Part shown: piece by piece, positions 57,609 through 64,000 of the stretch
Layout: each line of letters starts with the position of its first letter
Position numbering within the stretch: the stretch's first letter is position 1
Assembly (NCBI GenBank): GCA_963675755.2
Contig: CAXXMD010000002.1
Span: forward strand, 1,344,001 to 1,408,000
DNA: 64,000 nt
Direction: 5' to 3'
DNA from: a bacterium
GTDB taxonomy: Bacteria > Zhuqueibacterota > Zhuqueibacteria > Residuimicrobiales > Krinioviventaceae
Notes under the pieces: model-generated
The model's database searches: none
What the model was told of the DNA's origin: nothing
Seen by the model: only the letters and a program-made list of their open reading frames with translations
Translations under genes and position numbers: made by a program

Positions 57609-57633
57609 AAAAAAAGCCCGGTATATACCGGGC
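57609..57633 (-). terminator. Terminator at the end of the glycan-locus operon
   Basis: Palindrome GCCCGGTATATACCGGGC followed by a T7 run on the minus strand. Confidence 0.8.
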
Positions 57634-57670
57634 CAATTCGAATAATTTTAGAACAATAAATTTTTAGTAT

Positions 57671-59131
57671 TTATTGTATTTCAACAACTATCCGCTGATA
57701 TCTTGTCAGTTGTGGAGTACCCAAATCTTTTACCTCGCAGACAACATGAATGGTTTCACCTCTGGCTGCATCTTTAGGTATAATAAAGGATGCCTGTACT
57801 TGTTCGGCATTTTGGATATCAATAATTCCATTATAGGTATCTGCTTCTTTATATTGCCACCATTGATATGTGAGATCATTTCCATCAGGATCGGTTGTTC
57901 CCGTGGCGTTTAATTTCACCAACTCACCCGGCTTAGCCTGTAGATCATTTTGATGTGCCAGCTTGACGATTGGTGGATGATTGGCCTCATCATACGAATT
58001 TACGCACCAGTCGGCACGGGCAGCAAAATCATTTTGAAACGCATCGGACCATCTCCAAATGGGTTTGAAATATTCAATCATTTGCTCAGTATTTTCCGGG
58101 TAAATCTCTCGCATATACTTTCTTCCCCAAGCTGTAGATGTATACCAGCGCCCCGACGGATATTCATATCCCTGAACCGGCACCGGATCAAGCCAGGTAT
58201 TTTCACGTACTTTAATATATCGTCCACCCCATCCACCAAAAGCTGGTGATTCCATATTTTGTAATCCGGTATTAATTATATGTATAAACGCTGGCGAATC
58301 ACCTTCTGACCTGAAATCTCCTTCACTAAAATTCGTATCTCCTGAAAGGCCATGGCTGCCAGGAACATGGGCCTTGTAAAGAGAACATAATGCACCATGA
58401 TTGTTAAGAATATTTGATTTCATCCAATCACTTTTGAAATAATCTTGTTTATTCTTTGGCAAGATTTTATTCCACTGATAAGCAATTGCCCAGAATTGAT
58501 CACTTATAATTGTTAAAGGACTAAATTGATTCCAATGCGGGCGTATGTATGCCTGATAGGTAGAGTCCTGCTCCCAGATAAAAAAGAATCGCAATTTTTT
58601 GGCAACCTCTGCCATTCGTTCGGGATGTTCATACTCTATAGTTTTGAGTGCGCGTGCTATAGTATTTGTGCCGCCCCATGCCTGTAGCCAGACCGGACGG
58701 TCATTTGTTTCATCCAGCAGTACTCGAACAATAAGCTGTGAACCGTCTGTCACTTGCTCCATTTCACCTTCGGTTTCAACATTTCCCAAAGCAACACGCG
58801 ATTGCAGATATTCCGGAGAGGGATATTCAGGATCATGTTTCACCAAGTTCGGATAAACCCGAGTGTACGCTTCCAGATAGGGATCGATCCAATCGTCCCC
58901 TGCCCAGTTGTGTTTATGCGAATGATATTGTGAACTCGTAGTAACAATTCCTTCAATGTCCCATTCATTTGCATAAAGTAGAAAACGCACCATGGAACAC
59001 TCGTCATCAATCTCACCATCACTTGTTACGATTACACGTGGTTTATCATAACCTGCGGTATTTTCTCCTAACAAGGGGTCAACAGTAAAGATCAAACAAA
59101 CCAGAGATATTATTTTAATAATATTTTTCAT
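57671..59131 (-). CDS. DUF1593 (nucleoside-hydrolase-like) secreted protein, paralog 1
   Basis: RVIVTSDGEIDDECSMVRFLLYANE, WGGTNT, EGDSPAF, GGWGGRY, QNDFAARADW, ANHPP, C-terminal Ig-like domain. Confidence 0.85.
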   Translation of the reverse strand: MKNIIKIISLVCLIFTVDPLLGENTAGYDKPRVIVTSDGEIDDECSMVRFLLYANEWDIEGIVTTSSQYHSHKHNWAGDDWIDPYLEAYTRVYPNLVKHDPEYPSPEYLQSRVALGNVETEGEMEQVTDGSQLIVRVLLDETNDRPVWLQAWGGTNTIARALKTIEYEHPERMAEVAKKLRFFFIWEQDSTYQAYIRPHWNQFSPLTIISDQFWAIAYQWNKILPKNKQDYFKSDWMKSNILNNHGALCSLYKAHVPGSHGLSGDTNFSEGDFRSEGDSPAFIHIINTGLQNMESPAFGGWGGRYIKVRENTWLDPVPVQGYEYPSGRWYTSTAWGRKYMREIYPENTEQMIEYFKPIWRWSDAFQNDFAARADWCVNSYDEANHPPIVKLAHQNDLQAKPGELVKLNATGTTDPDGNDLTYQWWQYKEADTYNGIIDIQNAEQVQASFIIPKDAARGETIHVVCEVKDLGTPQLTRYQRIVVEIQ

Positions 59132-60534
59132 TACATTCTTTCTATTATATTATTCAAGTATTTTTCCAACATGGTATAACCGTCTTTAGCTATAATATTT
59201 CTATCGTTGCGATCGTCTTTATTCAGATTATTCTCAACTTCCCAATCATCAGGCATTCCATCATTATCAGAATCTGTGTGAGCAGTAGCACTGTTAAGGA
59301 TTGGCCAGCCACCGACATCTTTTTGTGTATCAATAATTCCACATATTTTTGATGAATCTGCAACCTTGTGTTCTTTCTTGTAAGAATGGCCTTCGTATGT
59401 TGCTGTTCCTTGACGAGTCTCTTTTATGATCCGGGTGTCAACAGCATCTCTTTTGGGCAGGATTGCACCTGCATTGTCAAGCACAGAATCATAGGCTTCT
59501 TTTGCAGTTTGTTGATGAATCGGCATGGCTGGCCAGGGGTCTTCAAGCTTGATTTTATTAAAGGACATTTTAGTCTGCACGCCTCCATCCCAATTATTGG
59601 TTGAAACAGCTTTATTGCCCTCAATAACATTATCAGCAATATACCATTTGCCACAATCTGTGTCACTTCTAAAGGACGGATTGGCAATTCGATATGAAAC
59701 ATTACCCGTTTGTGTTGCGGGCCCGGGTTTATAATAATTTGCTATAATATTGAAATTTGAAAAGTTGAATTTATCATTCCCGTTCTGAATCTTTTCCCCA
59801 CCATAAAGACTTTGATATCCCCAGTTATATACTACATTATTTCTATAATCCGTATTACCGGAACCGGAAGCCATTCGAGGATTCCGACTCGAGTGGTGAG
59901 CTAATAAATTATGATGATACGTACCATAATTACTTCCCCAAATCCCACCAAAACCATGTGATCCTTTTACATGGTTGGATTTGCTCATACTTTCAGAAAT
60001 AATACTCCATTGAACCGTTATACTATCACAATGATAAATTGACATGCATTCATCAACACTCCAGCTTGCCGAGATATGGTCGAGGATTATGTGTTTAGTA
60101 TATCTGCTTGATATGGCATCATAATCATTTCCTGATTCATCTCCCAATCTTACCCGAAGGTATCTGATGATGACATGATCCGCATCAATACTAATGGGAT
60201 GCCTTTTGATACAAATACCATCACCCGGGGCTGTTTGGCCTGCTATGGTAATATACGAGTTCTTGATTTTCAAAGGACTTTCAAGATCTATCGTACCAGA
60301 CACCTCAAAAACAACCGTCCGTGGACCGGATGCCTCAATCGCAGCTCTTAAACTTCCTTTACCACTATCGTTCAAATTGGTAACTTTGAAAACAACGCCA
60401 CCCCGGCCACCTTTGGCATATTTTCCATACCCTTCTGCTCCGGGAAAAGCGAGCTGCTGAGAGTATAGGTATCCATACATGATAAAAACTACAAACAATA
60501 CTATTGATTTTTCTATATTTAAATACTTCATCAT
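59131..60534 (-). CDS. Pectate lyase (PL1-like, Bacteroidota type)
   Basis: AFPGAEGYG..GGRGG..VTNLNDSG.GSLR, IAGQTAPG, DHISASW..DE, RNPR, C-terminal DSDNDGMPDDWE. Confidence 0.88.
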   Translation of the reverse strand: MMKYLNIEKSIVLFVVFIMYGYLYSQQLAFPGAEGYGKYAKGGRGGVVFKVTNLNDSGKGSLRAAIEASGPRTVVFEVSGTIDLESPLKIKNSYITIAGQTAPGDGICIKRHPISIDADHVIIRYLRVRLGDESGNDYDAISSRYTKHIILDHISASWSVDECMSIYHCDSITVQWSIISESMSKSNHVKGSHGFGGIWGSNYGTYHHNLLAHHSSRNPRMASGSGNTDYRNNVVYNWGYQSLYGGEKIQNGNDKFNFSNFNIIANYYKPGPATQTGNVSYRIANPSFRSDTDCGKWYIADNVIEGNKAVSTNNWDGGVQTKMSFNKIKLEDPWPAMPIHQQTAKEAYDSVLDNAGAILPKRDAVDTRIIKETRQGTATYEGHSYKKEHKVADSSKICGIIDTQKDVGGWPILNSATAHTDSDNDGMPDDWEVENNLNKDDRNDRNIIAKDGYTMLEKYLNNIIERM

Positions 60535-60578
60535 TACACCTCTTGATTACAAATTTGATCTCTTAAAATTGAGATCAA

Positions 60579-62060
60579 TTATTCAACCGTAACGACTATC
60601 CGCTGATATCTTGTTAGTTGTGGAGTACCTGAATCTTTTACCTCGCAAATGACGTGGATGGTTTCACCTTTAGCAGCATCTTTAGGTATAATAAAGGATG
60701 CCTGTTCCTGCCCTGCATCTTTAATATCAATGATTCCATTATAGGTATCAGCTTCTTTATATTGCCACCATTGATATGTGAGATCATCTCCATCTGGATC
60801 GGTTGTGCCCTTGGCGTTTAAATTCACCAAATCACCCGGTTTTACCTGCAAATCTAATGAATGTGCCAGCTTGACAATGGGTGGATGATTGGCCTCATCA
60901 TACGAATTCACACACCAGTCAGCACGTGCAGCAAAATCATTTTGAAACGCTTCAGACCAGCGCCAGATAGGTTTGAAATACTCACGGTGCGCTTTGTTGT
61001 TTTCGGCTGTTGCTCCATTTCTGGAACTTTGTCTACCCCATGCCGTAGATGTATACCAGCGACCTTTCGGGTACTCATAGCCATCAACCGGCACCGGATC
61101 AAGCCAGGTATTCTCTCGTACGCGCACATAGCGACCACCCCAGCCTCCCCAGTCCGGTGATTCCAAATTGCGTAAACCGGTAACAATCTCGTGCATAAAT
61201 GAAGGAGAATCTCCTTCTGAACGAAAATCTCCGTCATCAAATCCTTTATCTCCGGCTTTGTGTGCTTTGTAAAGCGAGCATAAAGGGCCATGATCTTCCA
61301 GGATATTGCTTTTCATCCACTCACCAACATAATATGGATGCATATCCTGGGGCTGACAGTTCTTCCATCGATAGGCAATGGCTTCAAACTGGTCAGAAAT
61401 TATGGTAAGTATTTGATATTTGCCCCAGTGCGGACGAATATATGCCTGGTAGGTTGAATCCTGTTCCCAGATAAAAAAGAAGCGCATTTTATTTGCTACC
61501 TCTTGCATGCGGTCGGGATGATCTTCCTCGATTGTCAAAAGTGCGCGCGCAATGGTATTTGTTCCGCCCCAGGCCTGTAACCAAATCGGACGTTCATCCG
61601 TATTGTCCAGAAGGACCTTGACAATGAGTTGAGAACCGGCTGTCACTTTATCCATTTCACCTTCGGTTTCAACATTTCCCAGGGCTGTACGTTCTTTGAG
61701 ATATTCCGGTGTAGGATATTCAGGATCATGCTTGACCAGATTGGGATAAATCTGCGTATACGCATCCAGGTAGGGATCGATCCAGTCATCACCGGCCCAT
61801 CTGTGCCCATGCCAGTGATATTGCGAGCTTGAAGTCACAATCGCTTCAATGTCCCAGTCATTGGCATAAAGCAGACAACGCACCATGGAACATTCGTCAT
61901 CGATCTCACCGTCGCTTGTAATAATAACACGTGGTTTTTCCTGCCCAATTGCAATTTCCTGATGAGTACAAGAAATTACACCAAATAGAGCCAATGAAAC
62001 TGTTAACAACATCATGAAATGTTTCATGGTTGAAAATGGAATCCAAATATTTCTTTTCAA
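60579..62060 (-). CDS. DUF1593 (nucleoside-hydrolase-like) lipoprotein, paralog 2
   Basis: Same motifs as 57671-59131; lipobox VISC. The exact start is uncertain. Confidence 0.85.
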   Translation of the reverse strand: MKRNIWIPFSTMKHFMMLLTVSLALFGVISCTHQEIAIGQEKPRVIITSDGEIDDECSMVRCLLYANDWDIEAIVTSSSQYHWHGHRWAGDDWIDPYLDAYTQIYPNLVKHDPEYPTPEYLKERTALGNVETEGEMDKVTAGSQLIVKVLLDNTDERPIWLQAWGGTNTIARALLTIEEDHPDRMQEVANKMRFFFIWEQDSTYQAYIRPHWGKYQILTIISDQFEAIAYRWKNCQPQDMHPYYVGEWMKSNILEDHGPLCSLYKAHKAGDKGFDDGDFRSEGDSPSFMHEIVTGLRNLESPDWGGWGGRYVRVRENTWLDPVPVDGYEYPKGRWYTSTAWGRQSSRNGATAENNKAHREYFKPIWRWSEAFQNDFAARADWCVNSYDEANHPPIVKLAHSLDLQVKPGDLVNLNAKGTTDPDGDDLTYQWWQYKEADTYNGIIDIKDAGQEQASFIIPKDAAKGETIHVICEVKDSGTPQLTRYQRIVVTVE

Positions 62061-62107
62061 AATGTAGTCTCCTATTAAAATATCAACGACACTTGATACG
62101 ATGCTGA

Positions 62108-64000
62108 TTATTTCTGCCTACGTACAACTACTACCCAATCCTTGTTTGGATTATTTGGAGCTGTTCCCAATGACTGCATTCCAGATCCTTCTAAAATTTT
62201 AACGGACCCATCTTGCAATCCGCCACCATTTCGTGGATCATACCATTTGACCGAGTATTTCATGTTGGGCATCTCCACGTCTAAATATTTTCCAAGAGGC
62301 TCTCCCAAATCAAGTAGACTTTTGCCTCCTTTTTTCAGCAAGATAATAAAAGTATCACCTTGCTTTGCAAAACAAAAATCCCCTACCTGTGATGGGAAAT
62401 ACGAGGATATCAATTCATTTTGTGATGTCATTTCAGTCACAGGAAAATCATTTTCTACAAAAAAATCAATGCATATTCTGCCCATATCCCAGAACAAATC
62501 CCTGCTGCGGTAATCCTGGCAGGTCAAATCAGAATGCGGATGTTTGTAACCAAAATACCACTCGGTACCCCAACCTCCGGCCAACATATGGCCCCAAAGT
62601 CCGTTGGTTCTAGCATAAAAGTGTTCTGGATCTTCACCGTCGGTGAGCAGTGCATGACTCGCATCACCGGGCTCATCACAAGCCACTGCCCATACTTTTC
62701 CTGCTGCGATGGATTCATCGATAACTCGTCTAGTCTGAGAGTTAACCCTTCTAAAATCAGATTTATTGGTCTGAAGGGATGCACCTGTCAATTTAGATTG
62801 ATCACCATACATGGAATCAAACCAATCTCCATTATGAATGACCATATGATGATGATAAGGATCGGTATCAAAAATATATTGTGCAACAGCCTGACGTTCT
62901 GAATCAAATAAAGGCATGGATTTACTACCATCAATATTCTTTGACCAATCACCAACTTCTTCACCAAGATTCCAGTTCATGGCGAGATGGTGGCCAAACC
63001 TGGCAATCAGCTCACGATAATATAGCCTTGTATTTCCACCAAGACCTCCAAAGTCTAATAAACCCTGATTTTCGGATTCTAACGTTTTAAAATGGAGAAA
63101 CAGGCCAAGCTTTTGTCCATGATCAAAAACCATTTCCCATTGATCCAGCTTTGAACAATCAAACCGGTCCCAAGTGTCATAGTCAATATAAGGAAACACA
63201 TTTTGATCATCACCGTTAATATTGTTTGTTAAAAAAGAAAAAGCATTAAGCCCTTTAGATGCCAGATAATTTAAAGCTCCAATAATTTCTTTACCCCGGC
63301 CATCAGCCCATTGAACATCCCCGTCTTTCCAATCTTTCAGATGAGGTCCCCAGGTTTTTACCAGATCATCCTTGTGACCATCAGTTGCAAAATCACCATC
63401 AAATCCATAGTAGGAAAGAAAATTCTCTGGTGCATCTGATCCGCATTTATAAAAGAACTTGCCAGTTTCAGCAAATCGTAAATATCTTTCACCCACATAT
63501 TCAAGCCTACCATGTGCTCTAAAATCTCTGCCAGATTTGTCTGATGCTACAATTGAGAATTTGCCAGTGACTCCATCCATATAGCCACCCGTTGGCACTC
63601 GCTCATCAGTACGCGGCCTCACAGCCACCCATTTTCCTTTTTTGAAATCAACCGAGTAATCCCACTCGCCAATTTCATCAGGAGAGAATTTCACTCGCCA
63701 CTTGTTTCCAAAAGTGGCAGAAGTCATTCCTGCATTACCATCTGCTGCAAAATAACCGGGGACTTTGTATGATTTCCCCGTTTCCTGATGCGTAAAAGTC
63801 ACATTCAAACGATAGTTAAAAAATGGATTGTACTCATCGGTTTCTGAACATTCGGGGCCGTTAAAAGTAAGTGTTACGGTATGCCATTTCTTTAATTCAC
63901 CTGAAAGCTTTACACTTTTTGAGTCTGTATTAATTGAGGATTGGGCTTGCAGCCTTATTGTTCCGGAAACGAACAAGAATAGTGTTAAAATCAAGTAACT
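62108..64000 (-). CDS. DUF5060-domain glycoside-hydrolase-like protein with a C-terminal collagen-binding-like domain (probably 5'-partial)
   Basis: WHTVTLTF.GP..NPF..YRLNVTF..GYFAADG..WRVKFSP..G.W.Y; ARFGHHL..WNLGEE; WYDPRNGG. The frame stays open to the window edge. Confidence 0.75.
   Translation of the reverse strand, partial: SYLILTLFLFVSGTIRLQAQSSINTDSKSVKLSGELKKWHTVTLTFNGPECSETDEYNPFFNYRLNVTFTHQETGKSYKVPGYFAADGNAGMTSATFGNKWRVKFSPDEIGEWDYSVDFKKGKWVAVRPRTDERVPTGGYMDGVTGKFSIVASDKSGRDFRAHGRLEYVGERYLRFAETGKFFYKCGSDAPENFLSYYGFDGDFATDGHKDDLVKTWGPHLKDWKDGDVQWADGRGKEIIGALNYLASKGLNAFSFLTNNINGDDQNVFPYIDYDTWDRFDCSKLDQWEMVFDHGQKLGLFLHFKTLESENQGLLDFGGLGGNTRLYYRELIARFGHHLAMNWNLGEEVGDWSKNIDGSKSMPLFDSERQAVAQYIFDTDPYHHHMVIHNGDWFDSMYGDQSKLTGASLQTNKSDFRRVNSQTRRVIDESIAAGKVWAVACDEPGDASHALLTDGEDPEHFYARTNGLWGHMLAGGWGTEWYFGYKHPHSDLTCQDYRSRDLFWDMGRICIDFFVENDFPVTEMTSQNELISSYFPSQVGDFCFAKQGDTFIILLKKGGKSLLDLGEPLGKYLDVEMPNMKYSVKWYDPRNGGGLQDGSVKILEGSGMQSLGTAPNNPNKDWVVVVRRQK

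Noticed and set aside
57616-57633. GCCCGGTATATACCGGGC (and the hairpin at 21577-21596) as dispersed copies of repeat hairpin 4
   Set aside because: Similarity is limited to a short CCCGG stem with none of the unit's flanking sequence. Position and tails fit ordinary terminators.
1-64000. tRNA or rRNA genes, prophage, selenocysteine read-through or programmed frameshifts
   Set aside because: I saw no cloverleaf or rRNA signatures in the intergenic gaps, no phage genes, and no split genes that would need recoding.

Overview
A bacterial chromosomal segment, AT-rich and mostly encoded on the minus strand. The secreted proteins with FlgD/T9SS-type C-terminal domains, the TonB receptor and the HEXXH-type DPP III suggest a diderm of the FCB group, such as KSB1 or Calditrichota (inference). 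In order, it carries: (i) a Ser/Thr kinase-STAND-TPR gene of at least 1113 codons that is missing from the ORF track and whose NTPase motifs are all degenerate, linked to a GAF histidine kinase and an Opp-type ABC transporter; (ii) an SstT-like symporter, a site-2 protease and a membrane spermidine-synthase-like protein; (iii) a ~2.9-kb accessory island (14643-17528) bracketed by inverted heptamer tracts, containing a RAYT transposase with its two REPs, a four-hairpin ~150-bp repeat family, a small ORF and a nucleotidyltransferase gene pair; (iv) thrA-thrC without thrB; (v) the yceD-rpmF-plsX-fab-rnc cluster with an inserted CsgG/TPR lipoprotein and an acyl-CoA dehydrogenase; (vi) an arginine synthetase (ArcE)-like gene, carbamate kinase, 2-oxoacid:ferredoxin oxidoreductase and ndk in one operon; (vii) dusB, two secreted proteins, thiI, and TetR/FadR-etfBA-FadF-like genes divergent from fadL, a lipoprotein, a TonB receptor and two exported peptidases; (viii) an RNA methyltransferase and a DUF1593/pectate lyase/DUF5060 glycan locus. 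I found no rRNA, tRNA or CRISPR array. The best candidates for an undescribed system are the hairpin-repeat/RAYT island and the kinase-pseudo-STAND/histidine kinase/OppA module. All calls come from reading motifs by eye; no database searches were run.
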